From NCBI GenBank assembly GCA_046330625.1, contig JAXLSJ010000005.1, positions 11,160 to 75,159 of the forward strand: a DNA stretch of 64,000 nucleotides. The letters run 5' to 3'. Position numbers and translations under genes: made by a program. Origin of the DNA: Candidatus Nanopelagicales bacterium (GTDB lineage: Bacteria > Actinomycetota > Actinomycetes > S36-B12 > GCA-2699445). Position 1 is the first letter of the stretch; each line of letters starts with the position of its first letter. The notes under the pieces were generated by a model, which saw only the letters and a list, made by a program, of their open reading frames with translations, was not told the DNA's origin and did not search any database. Positions 18,560-30,409 of the stretch are shown in pieces.

Positions 18560-19804
18560 TCACCCGGCCTCCGGCGTGCCGGTGCGCCGGTCGAGATCGG
18601 CGATGGCTGCCCGGGCGGCATTGGCGCCGATGTCGATCTGCGCCGCGAAGTACTCGTCGTCGAACAGCACGTAGCTGAGCAGTTCGCGCTGGCCGGTGCC
18701 TTCGCCGATCCCCCGCAGCACGCGCTCGAGAGCGAACAGGTCGGATTCGCGCAGCCAACTGCGCCATCGCGACAGGCGCTTGCGGGTCATGACGAACTCC
18801 GCCAGATTCCCGAGCTCCCCCGGACGCGGGGCGACCGTGATCGCCGACACCGGTCGATAGGCGCGTCCCGACGTCGACACGGGGGTCAGCCCCTGGGCGA
18901 TCCAGTCGTTGCGCTGCCTCAGGTTGTGGAGGTCCTCGATCATGCGGTCGCCCAGCACGGTGTGGAGCACCAACGCGGTGGCGTCGGCGACGTCGGGCCA
19001 CGGTTCCCCGGGCTCGGCGGGAGGTTCGGCCGGTGCGTAGTCGGTGGCATCGGCGGACACCACGACGATGGTGTCGGCGCCGAGCGCGACTGCCGGCCGC
19101 AAGGGGGCGTTCATGCGGACGCCGCCGTCGACGTACCAGCCGGCGGCGGTGGCCGGCTGGTCGAGCCGGACCGCCGGGAACGCCACCGGGATGGCGGCCG
19201 ATGCCAGCACGGTCTCGCCCGTCAGCGGCCCGGCGGCGACGTCGACGGCGCGTGCCGGGTCGGCGACGCCGTCGCTCGGCAGCCGGGTGTCGAGGAACAC
19301 GACCGAGCGTGCGGTCCCCATCGCGGAGTTGCGCCCGGGCATCCGGGTGGCCACCACCCCGACCGCGGAGATGACGTCCTCGGTGACGTTGCGCGCCAAC
19401 CGTTCCCCGTCGAACACGGTGCGCGACGTCCGCAGGAGAGGCTCGGTGTCGAGCAGCGCACGCAGCCCCGGACCCCGGCCGGCCACCGATCCGGGCAGCA
19501 GCTTCCAGCTGTCGCGCAGGACGGACTGCGCCGGGTGGCCCAGGATGTCCTTGCGTCCCATCGAGCGCCACACGTCGACGAGCCGACGGCCCGCCCGGTC
19601 GGTACCGAGATGGGCGAACGATCCCCACAGCGCGGCGTTGATCGCCCCGGCGCTGGCTCCCAGGAAGATCCGCGGGGCCAGCCCGCGGGCCTCGAGTTCG
19701 GGGACGATGGTGGCGAGCGCGCCGGCCTGGAACGCACCACGCGCCGCGGCTCCGGTGAGGACGACGGCCACCGACCGTGGTTCCGGGGACTTCTTCTGCG
19801 CCAT
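18560..19804 (-). CDS. patatin-like phospholipase
   Basis: A 414-aa ORF with the oxyanion motif GAAARGAF, the nucleophile elbow GASAGA (GxSxG) and the catalytic Asp motif DGGV. Confidence 0.8.
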   Translation of the reverse strand: MAQKKSPEPRSVAVVLTGAAARGAFQAGALATIVPELEARGLAPRIFLGASAGAINAALWGSFAHLGTDRAGRRLVDVWRSMGRKDILGHPAQSVLRDSWKLLPGSVAGRGPGLRALLDTEPLLRTSRTVFDGERLARNVTEDVISAVGVVATRMPGRNSAMGTARSVVFLDTRLPSDGVADPARAVDVAAGPLTGETVLASAAIPVAFPAVRLDQPATAAGWYVDGGVRMNAPLRPAVALGADTIVVVSADATDYAPAEPPAEPGEPWPDVADATALVLHTVLGDRMIEDLHNLRQRNDWIAQGLTPVSTSGRAYRPVSAITVAPRPGELGNLAEFVMTRKRLSRWRSWLRESDLFALERVLRGIGEGTGQRELLSYVLFDDEYFAAQIDIGANAARAAIADLDRRTGTPEAG

Positions 19805-19829
19805 GGGACGCAGGGTAGCGAGACAGGGG

Positions 19830-19900
19830 AGCGGGTGACCGGGATCGAACCGGCACCATCAGCTTGGAAGGCTGAGGCTCTACCATTGAGCTACACCCGC
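19830..19900 (-). tRNA. tRNA-Gly (anticodon UCC)
   Basis: Hand-folded cloverleaf of 71 nt: GCGGGTG-TA-GCTC-AATGGTA-GAGC-C-TCAGC-CTTCCAA-GCTGA-TGGT-GCCGG-TTCGATC-CCGGT-CACCCGC-T. No encoded CCA. Confidence 0.9.
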
Positions 19901-19983
19901 GGGCGCGGCCGGAGCCGCTGAGCCGAAGTGTAGGCCGCGGGCGTCACCAGCGCACTCCCCGGGTACGATGTCCCTGCCCTGCG

Positions 19984-20056
19984 CGGGGCGTAGCGTAGTG
20001 GCTAGCGCGCCTGCTTTGGGAGCAGGAGATCGGGAGTTCGAGTCTCCCCGCCCCGA
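19984..20056 (+). tRNA. tRNA-Pro (anticodon UGG)
   Basis: Hand-folded cloverleaf of 73 nt: acceptor CGGGGCG/CGCCCCG, anticodon stem CCTGC/GCAGG, loop TTTGGGA (UGG, G37), T-arm GGGAG-TTCGAGT-CTCCC. Confidence 0.9.
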
Positions 20057-20104
20057 CCCTGACCGGTGACCCACCGGGTGGGAAACCGACCTGAGGAGTC
20101 CGGC

Positions 20105-21502
20105 GTGACCGTCGAGAAGTTGTCCGACACCCGCGTGAAGTTCACCGTCGACCTGCCGTTCGACGACTTGACCGACGAGATCGACGCCGCGTACTCGCGG
20201 ATCGCCGGTCAGGTGCAGATCCCCGGCTTCCGCAAGGGCAAGGTGCCGCGCCAGATCATCGACCAGCGGCTCGGCCGCGGCGCCGTGCTCGAAGAGGTCG
20301 TGAACGCGGCTGTTCCCGCCGCCTACGATGCGGCCGTCGAGGATGCCGAGGTGGTGCCGTTGGGCCAGCCCCAGATCGAAGTGACCGACATCGTCGACGG
20401 TGAACGCATCGCGTTCGTGGCCGAGGTCGACATCCGACCCGACTTCGACCTTCCCGAGTACAAGGGCCTGGCCGTCCAGGTCGCGCCGCTGACGGTCACC
20501 GACGCCGATGTCGACGAGCAGGTCGAACTGCTGGCCAAACGGTTCGGCTCCTACAGCGAGGTCGAGCGGGCCGCGGCCGACGGCGACGTCCTCCTCATCG
20601 ACCTGTCGGCCACCGCCGGCGGCACCGAGATCGAGGAGTTGGCCCAGCAGGCCATGTCCTACGAGGTCGGCGAGGACGGGGTCGTGCCCGGCCTCGACGA
20701 CGCGGTGATCGGCCTGTCGGCCGGGGAGTCGGCCACGTTCGCGTTCACGCCGGAGTTCGGCGAATACGCCGGGACCCCCATCGACGTGACCGTCTCCGTC
20801 GGCGCGGTGCGGGAGCGGATCATGCCGGAGATCGACGACGACCTGGCCATGATGGCCAGCGAGTTCGACACCCTGGCCGAGCTCCGCGACGACATGCGCG
20901 CGCGGCTCGAGCGCGGTCGGCTCATGGAGCGGGGCCAGGAGGCGCGCGAGGCGGTCAATGACCAGCTGCTGGACTCGATCGACATCCCGCTGCCCGAGGG
21001 GATCATCACCGCCGAGGTCGACCAGCACTTCGAGGACCACGGCGAGTACGACGACGACCACCGGGCCGAGGTGGAACGCGACGCCCGCAAGGCGCTCAAG
21101 AGCCAATTCGTGCTCGACAAGATCGCCGAGGCCGAGGACGTGTCGGTGGGCGAAGCCGAACTGAGCCAGTGGCTCATGATGCAGGCGCCCCGCTACGGCA
21201 TGTCGCCCGACCAGTTCGCGCAGGCGCTCGTCGAGGCCGGGCAGGTGCCCATGGCGGTGGCCGACGTCCGGCGTGGCAAGGCGCTGGCCGTGGTGCTCGA
21301 GGCTGCGGTGATCACCGACACCGACGGTAACCCCATCGACCTGTCCCAGCTCAACCCGGCGAGCGACGTCGAGGCGCTGCTCGCCGAGGCCATGGCGGAA
21401 GCCGAGGCCGACGCCGAGGACGCCGAGATCGAGGCCGAGGAGACCGTCGCCGAGGCGGTGGCCGAGGCCGAGGTCGAGGAATCCGAGGGCGACCGCCCCT
21501 GA
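20105..21502 (+). CDS. tig: trigger factor
   Basis: It is trigger-factor-like throughout (VEKLSDTRVKFTVDLPF, FRKGKVPRQIIDQR) with an acidic C-terminal tail. A GTG start at 20105 is preferred to the track's upstream start, which would almost abut the tRNA. Confidence 0.9.
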   Translation: MTVEKLSDTRVKFTVDLPFDDLTDEIDAAYSRIAGQVQIPGFRKGKVPRQIIDQRLGRGAVLEEVVNAAVPAAYDAAVEDAEVVPLGQPQIEVTDIVDGERIAFVAEVDIRPDFDLPEYKGLAVQVAPLTVTDADVDEQVELLAKRFGSYSEVERAAADGDVLLIDLSATAGGTEIEELAQQAMSYEVGEDGVVPGLDDAVIGLSAGESATFAFTPEFGEYAGTPIDVTVSVGAVRERIMPEIDDDLAMMASEFDTLAELRDDMRARLERGRLMERGQEAREAVNDQLLDSIDIPLPEGIITAEVDQHFEDHGEYDDDHRAEVERDARKALKSQFVLDKIAEAEDVSVGEAELSQWLMMQAPRYGMSPDQFAQALVEAGQVPMAVADVRRGKALAVVLEAAVITDTDGNPIDLSQLNPASDVEALLAEAMAEAEADAEDAEIEAEETVAEAVAEAEVEESEGDRP

Positions 21503-21665
21503 CCCCGGGCAGCGGTCGCGGGCGATTGTGCCCACCGCGAAACCCGCGCCACCCGCGGACTGATTGTCGGTGGTGCGCGTTAGGGTCTGTAGCACCACAT
21601 CAGACCGTGGTCCGGACCGGCTCGCGAGGGCCGTCCGGGCCCGATTCAGGCCACGGAGGCTGCAC

Positions 21666-22286
21666 GTGTCTCAGATTCTGACGCCCACCGCGCGGGGCCG
21701 GGAACCTTCGGGTCCGGGCCTCGACGAGTCCGTCTACCAGCGGCTCCTGCGCGAGCGGATCATCTTCCTGGGTTCGGTCGTCGAGGATCAGATGGCGAAC
21801 ACGATCGCGGCGCAGATCCTGTTGCTGGCCGCCGAGGACGCCGAGCGCGACATCTTCCTCTACATCAACTCCCCGGGCGGGTCCGTGTCGGCGGGGATGG
21901 CCATCTACGACACCATGCAGTTCGTCAAGAACGACGTGGCCACCGTGGCGATGGGCCTGGCCGCCTCCATGGGGCAGTTCCTCCTGTCGGCCGGCGAGCC
22001 CGGGAAGCGCTACGCCCTCCCACACGCCCGGATCATGATGCACCAGCCGAGTGGCGGCATCGGGGGCACGGCGTCGGACATCAAGATCCAGGCCGAGCAG
22101 ATGCTCTACACGAAGAAGAAGATGGCCGAGCTCATCGCGGAGCACACCGGGCAGAGTCTCGACACCATCGAGGCCGACTCCGATCGGGACCGGTGGTTCA
22201 CCGCCGACGAGGCCAAGGACTACGGATTCGTCGACCACGTCGTGAAGAGCGCGCGTGATGTGACCGGAGATGGTGGTACCGCATGA
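21666..22286 (+). CDS. clpP: ATP-dependent Clp protease proteolytic subunit (first of ClpP pair)
   Basis: ClpP fold motifs are present ([20 protein letters not shown] with the Ser nucleophile, MMHQPSGG). The GTG at 21666 follows GGAGGC. It overlaps the second clpP by 4 nt. Confidence 0.9.
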   Translation: MSQILTPTARGREPSGPGLDESVYQRLLRERIIFLGSVVEDQMANTIAAQILLLAAEDAERDIFLYINSPGGSVSAGMAIYDTMQFVKNDVATVAMGLAASMGQFLLSAGEPGKRYALPHARIMMHQPSGGIGGTASDIKIQAEQMLYTKKKMAELIAEHTGQSLDTIEADSDRDRWFTADEAKDYGFVDHVVKSARDVTGDGGTA

Positions 22287-22912
22287 GTGTCCAGGGACCC
22301 ACGGGTCGTTACATCCTCCCCGAGTTCCGGGAGCGCACCTCCAGCGGCATGGAGCGGGTGAGCAATCCCTACGCCAAGCTGTTCGAGGAGCGCATCATCT
22401 TCCTCGGTGTCCAGATCGACGACGCGTCGGCCGACGACGTGATGGCGCAGTTGCTGTGCCTGGAACAGATGGACACCGAGCGGGACATCTCCGTGTACAT
22501 CAACTCGCCGGGTGGCTCGTACACCGCGATGACCGCGATCTACGACACCATGCAGTTCGTCAAGCCGCAGATCCAGACCGTGTGCCTGGGGCAGGCGGCG
22601 TCGGCGGCGGCCGTGCTGCTGGCCGCCGGCACGCCCGGGAAGCGGTTCGCGCTCCCGCACTCGCGGATCCTGATCCACCAGCCGTACAGCGAGGGTCAGG
22701 GCCAGGGCTCGGACATCGAGATCCAGGCGAACGAGATCCTGCGCATGCGCGACGAGATGGAGGGCATCCTGGCCCATCACTCGAACAAGCCGGTCGAGGA
22801 CATCCGTCGCGACATCGAACGCGACAAGATCCTCACCGCCGAGCAGGCCAAGGACTACGGGATCATCGACCAGGTGATCTCGTCGCGCAAGGCGGCACCC
22901 TCCGGCGCGTGA
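22283..22912 (+). CDS. clpP: ATP-dependent Clp protease proteolytic subunit (second of ClpP pair)
   Basis: A 209-aa ORF with [20 protein letters not shown] and LIHQPYSE. The tandem clpP1/clpP2 arrangement is typical of actinobacteria. Confidence 0.9.
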   Translation: MSVQGPTGRYILPEFRERTSSGMERVSNPYAKLFEERIIFLGVQIDDASADDVMAQLLCLEQMDTERDISVYINSPGGSYTAMTAIYDTMQFVKPQIQTVCLGQAASAAAVLLAAGTPGKRFALPHSRILIHQPYSEGQGQGSDIEIQANEILRMRDEMEGILAHHSNKPVEDIRRDIERDKILTAEQAKDYGIIDQVISSRKAAPSGA

Positions 22913-23087
22913 CCGTTCATCCGGCCGAGAATCGCCGGGGGTCGCACCGCGCGTAGTCAGGTGGCGCGGGGTACGGTCGGGGGAGTCCCCGTGTCGAACG
23001 GGTCGGTGGGGGACGAGGGTGACCCGGGTACCGGGAACTGTCGGGTGTTGGGCCCGGCGGAAGTGAGTCGATGGAGGGAGTGCATCC

Positions 23088-24392
<1,305 letters not shown>

Positions 24393-24422
24393 CCCTTCCC
24401 GGGGTGCGGACGCGTCGCGATG

Positions 24423-26882
24423 TCAGGTGGTCGCCGGCTGCTCGAGAGCCAGTCGCATCTGACCGGCCAGCGTGGCGGACTGGGCACGACCCATGCCGGT
24501 GACGTCGACCGCGCCGACCACGCCGTCACCCGCCCAGACGCAGACCGTCTGTGATGCGGACACGGCGCCGCACTTCATGCTTCCTCCCCGGGGACCCGCC
24601 GGAACGTTCACCCACTCCTTCACGGGGGCACCGTCCGACACCTCATAGGCGCCGATGAGGCTGTCGGGGGTCGCCACGGCGTCGGTCGCCACCCACGCGG
24701 TGGCGACCGTGCCGTCACCGGAATAGGTGGCGATCTGGCTCCCCGTGGCCTTCTCGGCGGCGGCCATCGACGTGAACACCCCGTTGGCGGGTTCGGCGGG
24801 CTTGCCGGTCTTGGTCAGACCGCCCGCCTGCGCGGGAGTGGCCAGGGTCGCGGGTGCGGGGGTGCCGGTCGAGTTCAGGAATCCCGGCGTGACGAAGGCC
24901 GCATACGCAGCACCGGCCAGCACGATGAGGGCACCGCCGATGATCAGGATCCACTTCATCGCCCCCGACGTCCTCTTGCCGGGGGGGTCCGGCTGATCGT
25001 CACCGGGGACATCCTCGGAGATGTCGTCGTCGGCGGACGCGTCGACGTCCGGCGAGGCCACGGGTGCAGAGGCGTCAGGGATCGCCGGGGCGACGGTTTC
25101 GGGGGACGGCGATGGCTCGGCCTCTGCCACCCGGGGCAGTTCGTCGAGCGGCGTGCCCTCGCCGGGGTCCGGCAGCACGGGGTCGCCGGTCGGCGGGGCC
25201 GCCAGGGACGCGGCCAGGGCGACCGGTGGGCCGACCGGTGGACCCATGGGCGCGGGTTCCGGCGACTCGTCCTCGGGACCGGCCGGTGTGGGTGCGGGCA
25301 CGTCCGGTTCGTAGAGCCAGCCGAACTCGTCGGGGACCTCGGTGGGCGGTGGCGATCCGTCCCCGGGGGGCAACGTGGGCTCGACGGGCATCTCGGTGGG
25401 CGGTGGCGGCCCGTCCACCACGGGCAGATCGGGATCGACGGATTCCGTTCCCCGGTCGGTGGCCGGGGGCGACGACACGTCCACGACCTCGAGCACCTCC
25501 GGTTGTTCCGGGGGGAGGACGGTGACCCCACCGGGCTCCGGAGTCTCGGGTGTCGCGTCGACCACCGGGGAGGCGGCGACTGCACCCGCCACCGGCGCGG
25601 CGACACCCCAGACGACGGGACCCCACGGGTGTTCGGACCATTGCGCGGGATCCGGTGGCGGCAACTCGCCCGACGGCAGCACGGCCACCGGCGGCGCGGC
25701 CACGGGTGCCCCGGTCCACTCCGCGACCTCGGACGGTGGCGGTGCAACCCAGTCGGGAAGGGGTACTCCGGGCAGGATCGCCACGCCGACGCTGGCGATG
25801 TCGGCAGGCGAGGGCGGTTCCTTGCCCTTCTTGGTCTTCTCCGGCGGGGGCGCCGGCTCCAGCGGTGTCTCGACCGCGGCGGGAGCAGCTGCCACGGGTC
25901 CGGCAGTGGCCAGGGGCTCCGCGGCCGGCGGCGATTCCGGGGGGAACCACTGGGTCTCCGTCGGCACCTCCCCGGCGCTTTCTGCGCTGCCGGCGGCGGG
26001 TTCGGCGACCGGCGGCTGTGGCGGCGTGTCGGGAACGAACCAGGGGTCGACGGCGACCGGTGCCGGTGGCTCGTCGACGACCGCCTCGGGGGTGTCATCG
26101 GTCCACGCCTCGACCGGCGAGTCCCCGACCACCGGCTCGGCGGTGGGTACCTCGACGGCCACAGGCTCGGCGGTGGGTACCTCGACGGCGACGGCCTCGT
26201 CGGAGGGCACGTCGACGACCACCGTTTCGTCGGTGGGCACATCGACGGCTACCGGCTCGTCGGCCACGTTCGGGGGCGGCGCCTCGTCAACGGCGACGAC
26301 ATCGTCACCGCGCGGGGCCTCTGCGGCAGGCTCCGGCGCTGCCTCGGCCTCGTCGGGCGTCTGCGTCGGTTCCTCCTGCAGGAACCATGGCAGTGATGAG
26401 GTGTCCGTCGCGCGTGGTGGTTCGAACAGATCCGGTTGGGGTTCGGCCTGCCACGACTCCTCGGTGACCTCGGGAGCCTCGTCCCACCCGAAGTCCGCCA
26501 ACGACTGGGCCCGGGGGGTCGCGGGTTCGGCGGCGAATCCCCAGTCGTCGTCCCACTGCGACGCCTCGGCCTTCTCGTCCAGGAGGAGCAGTGGCGGTTC
26601 GCCCCCGGTGTCGTCGCGTGTCGACTCCGAACTGTCGGCGACCTCCGGGGTGTCGGGGGCATCGATCGTGAGGCCTTGTTCGGGCCCCGGGGTGTCGGGG
26701 TCGTCGTGTGAGGGCGCGAGGAAGTCGTCCGCGGGCCGGTCGACGATCTCCTGCTGCGGGGGTTCCAGCTCCACATAGGCGCCGGTGTCGTCGAGGGTGT
26801 AGTCGGGGGCCGGATAGGTCGGCAGATCATCGTCTGTGGGAACGTCCGCTCCCACGTCGGGGGTGTTCCCCGGCACGTGCAT
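24423..26882 (-). CDS. hypothetical acidic proline-rich single-pass membrane protein
   Basis: An 819-aa ORF from the ATG at 26882 (MHVPGNTPD...). About 610 aa are P/E/D/A/V-rich low-complexity sequence. One TM helix follows (WILIIGGALIVLAGAAYAAFV, preceded by KR), then a C-terminal domain of about 170 aa with two Cys (MKCGAVSASQTVCVWAGDG). I recognise no family. Confidence 0.7.
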   Translation of the reverse strand: MHVPGNTPDVGADVPTDDDLPTYPAPDYTLDDTGAYVELEPPQQEIVDRPADDFLAPSHDDPDTPGPEQGLTIDAPDTPEVADSSESTRDDTGGEPPLLLLDEKAEASQWDDDWGFAAEPATPRAQSLADFGWDEAPEVTEESWQAEPQPDLFEPPRATDTSSLPWFLQEEPTQTPDEAEAAPEPAAEAPRGDDVVAVDEAPPPNVADEPVAVDVPTDETVVVDVPSDEAVAVEVPTAEPVAVEVPTAEPVVGDSPVEAWTDDTPEAVVDEPPAPVAVDPWFVPDTPPQPPVAEPAAGSAESAGEVPTETQWFPPESPPAAEPLATAGPVAAAPAAVETPLEPAPPPEKTKKGKEPPSPADIASVGVAILPGVPLPDWVAPPPSEVAEWTGAPVAAPPVAVLPSGELPPPDPAQWSEHPWGPVVWGVAAPVAGAVAASPVVDATPETPEPGGVTVLPPEQPEVLEVVDVSSPPATDRGTESVDPDLPVVDGPPPPTEMPVEPTLPPGDGSPPPTEVPDEFGWLYEPDVPAPTPAGPEDESPEPAPMGPPVGPPVALAASLAAPPTGDPVLPDPGEGTPLDELPRVAEAEPSPSPETVAPAIPDASAPVASPDVDASADDDISEDVPGDDQPDPPGKRTSGAMKWILIIGGALIVLAGAAYAAFVTPGFLNSTGTPAPATLATPAQAGGLTKTGKPAEPANGVFTSMAAAEKATGSQIATYSGDGTVATAWVATDAVATPDSLIGAYEVSDGAPVKEWVNVPAGPRGGSMKCGAVSASQTVCVWAGDGVVGAVDVTGMGRAQSATLAGQMRLALEQPATT
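26131..26267. repeat. tandem 30-nt (10-codon) repeats inside the proline-rich gene
   Basis: About 4.5 units are present. Two adjacent units, ggcggtgggtacctcgacggcCACaggctc and ggcggtgggtacctcgacggcGACggcctc, are near-identical. They encode EPVAVDVPTD-ETVVVDVPSD-EAVAVEVPTA-EPVAVEVPTA-EPVV. Confidence 0.7.
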
Positions 26883-27004
26883 GATCGACTCCCTGGATGC
26901 GTGGCAGACCCATCGTGCCACTGCATCGGCTCACCCGTGAGGCAACTGAAGAGTTGGCCCGGGGTCCCTCGAGGCGCCCGACCGGGCCGGGGCGGGTCCC
27001 GCTG

Positions 27005-27751
27005 TCAGAACTGCAGGGAATACTCGATGATCTCGATCAGTCCGGCGCGCGTGGCCAGGTAGAAGACGGCCAGCTGGATGAGGCCGATCACCACGATGGC
27101 AGCACCCGTCTGGATCGTCTTGACGGCGCGGCTGCCGCTCCACGGGAACAGACCCATCAGGAACGACACGATCCACGCCAGCACCAGGATCGTGATGATC
27201 ACGACGCCGGGCAGTCCGGCCAACTCCGGATAGGTGACACGTTGGTCGCGAGCGTCGGAGAGTTCGTCGGCGGCACGGGCGACAGCGGCGCCATCCTGTG
27301 TCGCTGCTGCGTCGGCGCGGGCCCGATGTGCCTCCGCCAGGACGGTGGCGAACGCGCGCTGAGCCTCCGGGGATCCGTCGGGGGGCACGTGGGTGCCGAT
27401 CTCGGTGGCGCGGACCTCTTCCCGATAGGTGCGAAGTGCCACCGTCATGGCCTCGGCCTGTGTGGCCGGGACAGCCTCCTTGACCGCATCGTCGAGGTTC
27501 CAGCCTGCCGCGTATTCAGCCGTCACCTCGGCGAGGTAGGTGTTGGCCTGCGACCACAGGTTCCCGATCAGGAACGCGGCGATGAACACCAGCGCACCGC
27601 CACCGATGCGCAGGACCGCGGTCAGCGTGGCGTCGTTCCCCGCGGGCACCCGCGGGCTCAACACGGCCCCGATCACGGCGAACAGTGTCACGGGGACGAA
27701 GGCCAGCGTGAGACAGCCGAGCGGGGTCAGGCCCATCAGGAAGTCGTGCAC
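27005..27751 (-). CDS. hypothetical membrane protein (two N-terminal and two C-terminal TM helices; possibly DUF4239-like)
   Basis: A 248-aa ORF with TM-rich ends and an Ala-rich helical middle. The family name is a guess from architecture only. Confidence 0.55.
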   Translation of the reverse strand: MHDFLMGLTPLGCLTLAFVPVTLFAVIGAVLSPRVPAGNDATLTAVLRIGGGALVFIAAFLIGNLWSQANTYLAEVTAEYAAGWNLDDAVKEAVPATQAEAMTVALRTYREEVRATEIGTHVPPDGSPEAQRAFATVLAEAHRARADAAATQDGAAVARAADELSDARDQRVTYPELAGLPGVVIITILVLAWIVSFLMGLFPWSGSRAVKTIQTGAAIVVIGLIQLAVFYLATRAGLIEIIEYSLQF

Positions 27752-27796
27752 GGTCCCTCCCCTCTCCCGGTCATGAGTGGCTGTCGGCGCGCCGGC

Positions 27797-30358
27797 TCAC
27801 CGCTGCGCGGGCGGCGCCAGCTCGATCCCGCTGACGGTCAGTTCGGGGTCGAAGTCGGTCACCAACGTCTGGAGTCGTCCCGCGGCGGTGAGGTCCGTGG
27901 CGGCGGACATGATCCGGGCGACGGAATCCTCCGGACCGGACACCGTCGCGGTGACTACCTCGGTGCGCATGCCCACCTTGGCCTCGCTCTTGGCCTTGCG
28001 TAGTCGGCTGAGGACCAGGGCGACCTCGGGCAGCACGGCCGGGTCGCCGCCGACCGGCAGGTCCGAGGGGTCGGGCCACGCCGACCGATGCACGGAGCCT
28101 GACTGCCACCACGACCACACCTCTTCCGTGACGAATGGCGGGAATGGGGCGAACAGTCGCAACTGCACGTCGAGCGCGATTCGCAGTGCGGCCTGGGCCG
28201 AGGCCTGGGCGGCCGGTGCGGATTCGTCGCCGGCGCGGGCCTTGACCAGTTCGAGGTAGTCGTCGCAGAAGGTCCAGAAGAAGGTCTCGGTCAGTTCGAG
28301 GGCGCGGGTGTAGTTGTAGTCGTCGAAGGCCCGCGTGGCGTCGGCCACGACCTCTGCGAGGCGCGTCAGCAGTGACAGGTCGAGCGGTTCGGTGACGGCG
28401 CCGGGATCGACGGGTTCACCGGCCGTCAGCAGTACGAACCGAGAGGCGTTGAGGATCTTGATGGCCAGGCGACGGCCGATCTTCATCTGGCCCTCGTCGA
28501 ACGCGGTGTCGGCCCCCGGGCGGCCGCTGGCGGCCCAGTACCGGACCGCGTCGGATCCGTGCTGGTCCAGCAGACCCATGGGAGTGACGACGTTGCCCTT
28601 GGATTTGGACATCTTCTTGCGGTCGGGGTCCAGGATCCAACCGCTGATCGCGGCGTCGGTCCAGGGGAGCCGGTCGTCCTCCAGATGTGACCGGACGATG
28701 GTCGAGAACAGCCAGGTGCGGATGATCTCGTGCGCCTGCGGGCGCAGGTCCATCGGCGCCACACGCTGCCAGAGGTCGTCGTCCGTGGCCCAGCCGCCGG
28801 CGATCTGTGGGGTCAGCGATGACGTCGCCCAGGTGTCCATGACGTCGGGATCGCCCATGAACCCCCCCGGTTCGCCCCGCTGGTCCTCGGAGTACCCGGG
28901 CGGGCAGTCGGACGCGGGATCGACCGGGAGTTCCTCGGGCAGGATCGGTTCGTCATAGCGGGGGTTGCCCTGGTCGTCCAACGGATACCACAGGGGGAAC
29001 GGCACCCCGAAGAACCGCTGACGTGAGATGAGCCAGTCCCCGTTGAGCCCGGAGACCCAGTTGTCATAGCGGACCTGCATGTGCGGTGGATGCCACCGCA
29101 GTTCCGCGCCCCGGGCCAGCAGGGCTTCGCGCAGGGGAAGATCGCGCCCACCGTTGCGCAGGTACCACTGCCGGGTGGTCACGATCTCGAGGGGCTTCTC
29201 GCCCTTCTCGAAGAACTTGACGGGGTGGGTGATCGGCTTCGGCTCGCCGTGCAGGTCGCCACTTTCGCGCAGCAGCTCGACGGTCCGCTGCTGGGCGCTG
29301 AACACGGTCAGACCGTGCAGTGAACGGTAGGCCTCGAGCCCCGCATCGCCGGTGATCCACGACGGATCGTCGGCCAGGATGCGGCCGTCCCAGCCGATGA
29401 TGGGACGGGCGGGCAGCTGCAGCTCACGCCACCACGTCACGTCGGTCGTGTCGCCGAAGGTGCAGATCATGGCGATGCCCGACCCCTTCTCGGGGTCGGC
29501 CAACTCATGGGTCACGACGGGAACCTCGACGCCGAACACCGGGGTCGTGACGGTCTGCCCGAACAAGGGCTGGTACCGCTCGTCATCCGGATGCGCGACA
29601 AGGGCGACGCAGGCGGCCAGGAGCTCCGGTCGGGTGGTCTCGATGAACACCGGGTCGCCATTGGCGCGGTGGAACGACACCCGGTGGTAGGCGCCCGGGC
29701 GTTCGCGATCCTCGAGCTCCGCCTGGGCGACGGCAGTGCGGAAGGTGACGTCCCACAGGGTGGGGGCCTCGGCCTGATACGCCTCGCCCCGCGCCAGGTT
29801 GTTCAGGAAGGCCCGCTGCGACGTGATCCGGGCATTGCGGTCGATGGTCTGGTAGGTCTGGGTCCAGTCGACGCTGATCCCCAGATGGCGCCACAGCGCC
29901 TCGAACCCCTTCTCGTCTTCTTCGGTAAGGCGCTCGCAGAGGTCGACGAAGTTGCGCCGCGAGATCGGGATCTGGCGCTTGGCATCCGGCTTCTCCGGCG
30001 GCTGGAAGTCGGGGTCGTACGGCAGCGACGGGTCGCACCGCACGCCGAAGTAGTTCTGGACGCGCCGCTCGGTGGGCAGTCCGTTGTCGTCCCACCCCAT
30101 CGGGTAGAACACCTCTTTGCCGCGCATGCGCTGGTACCGGGCGATGCAGTCGGTGTGGGTGTACGAGAACACGTGGCCGACATGCAGGGAGCCGCTGACC
30201 GTCGGGGGTGGCGTGTCGATGCTGTAGATGTCGGTCCGCTCCTTCGAGCGGTCGAAGGAGTAGGTGCCGTCGTCGTGCCACAGCTGGGACCAGCGGTCCT
30301 CCAACCCCTCCAGGGCAGGACGGTCGGGCATGGCGGCGGGTTCGGCAGGCACGGTCAC
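27797..30358 (-). CDS. valS: valine--tRNA ligase
   Basis: An 853-aa ORF with the class I motifs HVGH (HIGH) and KMSKSKGN, and ValS-like sequence throughout. Confidence 0.95.
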   Translation of the reverse strand: MTVPAEPAAMPDRPALEGLEDRWSQLWHDDGTYSFDRSKERTDIYSIDTPPPTVSGSLHVGHVFSYTHTDCIARYQRMRGKEVFYPMGWDDNGLPTERRVQNYFGVRCDPSLPYDPDFQPPEKPDAKRQIPISRRNFVDLCERLTEEDEKGFEALWRHLGISVDWTQTYQTIDRNARITSQRAFLNNLARGEAYQAEAPTLWDVTFRTAVAQAELEDRERPGAYHRVSFHRANGDPVFIETTRPELLAACVALVAHPDDERYQPLFGQTVTTPVFGVEVPVVTHELADPEKGSGIAMICTFGDTTDVTWWRELQLPARPIIGWDGRILADDPSWITGDAGLEAYRSLHGLTVFSAQQRTVELLRESGDLHGEPKPITHPVKFFEKGEKPLEIVTTRQWYLRNGGRDLPLREALLARGAELRWHPPHMQVRYDNWVSGLNGDWLISRQRFFGVPFPLWYPLDDQGNPRYDEPILPEELPVDPASDCPPGYSEDQRGEPGGFMGDPDVMDTWATSSLTPQIAGGWATDDDLWQRVAPMDLRPQAHEIIRTWLFSTIVRSHLEDDRLPWTDAAISGWILDPDRKKMSKSKGNVVTPMGLLDQHGSDAVRYWAASGRPGADTAFDEGQMKIGRRLAIKILNASRFVLLTAGEPVDPGAVTEPLDLSLLTRLAEVVADATRAFDDYNYTRALELTETFFWTFCDDYLELVKARAGDESAPAAQASAQAALRIALDVQLRLFAPFPPFVTEEVWSWWQSGSVHRSAWPDPSDLPVGGDPAVLPEVALVLSRLRKAKSEAKVGMRTEVVTATVSGPEDSVARIMSAATDLTAAGRLQTLVTDFDPELTVSGIELAPPAQR

Positions 30359-30409
30359 CGATTCTATGGGGACCGGACCCGCCGCGCCGCCGCCAGGTTC
30401 GGGCGGGAG

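Noticed and set aside
16092-18674. Very long ORFs antisense to real genes. Examples: 16092-18674 opposite pepN, 8952-10919 opposite the peptidase, 12475-14313 opposite malQ, 19880-21598 opposite tig, 40278-42455 opposite PBP2, 53153-55153 opposite proA, 45796-47769 and 47794-49614 opposite rne.
   Set aside because: They are typical high-GC artefacts. Their R/G/P/H-rich compositions carry no recognisable motifs, and they lie opposite frames that carry clear family signatures and the expected third-position GC bias. Only the 3' portion of 53153-55153 is real, as the LacI N-terminus.
19830-20056. tRNA-Gly/tRNA-Pro pair (and tRNA-Ala at 58337) as integration sites of a genomic island
   Set aside because: No integrase or recombinase gene lies nearby, and I could find no direct repeat of the tRNA 3' ends. 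The flanking genes (patatin, tig, GGDEF operon) show no obvious compositional break.
21536-21548. Possible ClgR-type operator (CGCGAAACCCGCG) upstream of clpP1
   Set aside because: It is only a 4-bp-arm palindrome, and it does not fit the CGC-N5-GCG spacing of the ClgR consensus as I recall it. In 70% GC DNA it could easily arise by chance.
24423-26882. Proline-rich single-pass protein as an anti-sigma factor
   Set aside because: It has no N-terminal zf-HC2 or other anti-sigma domain, and there is no adjacent ECF sigma factor gene. The architecture alone is insufficient.
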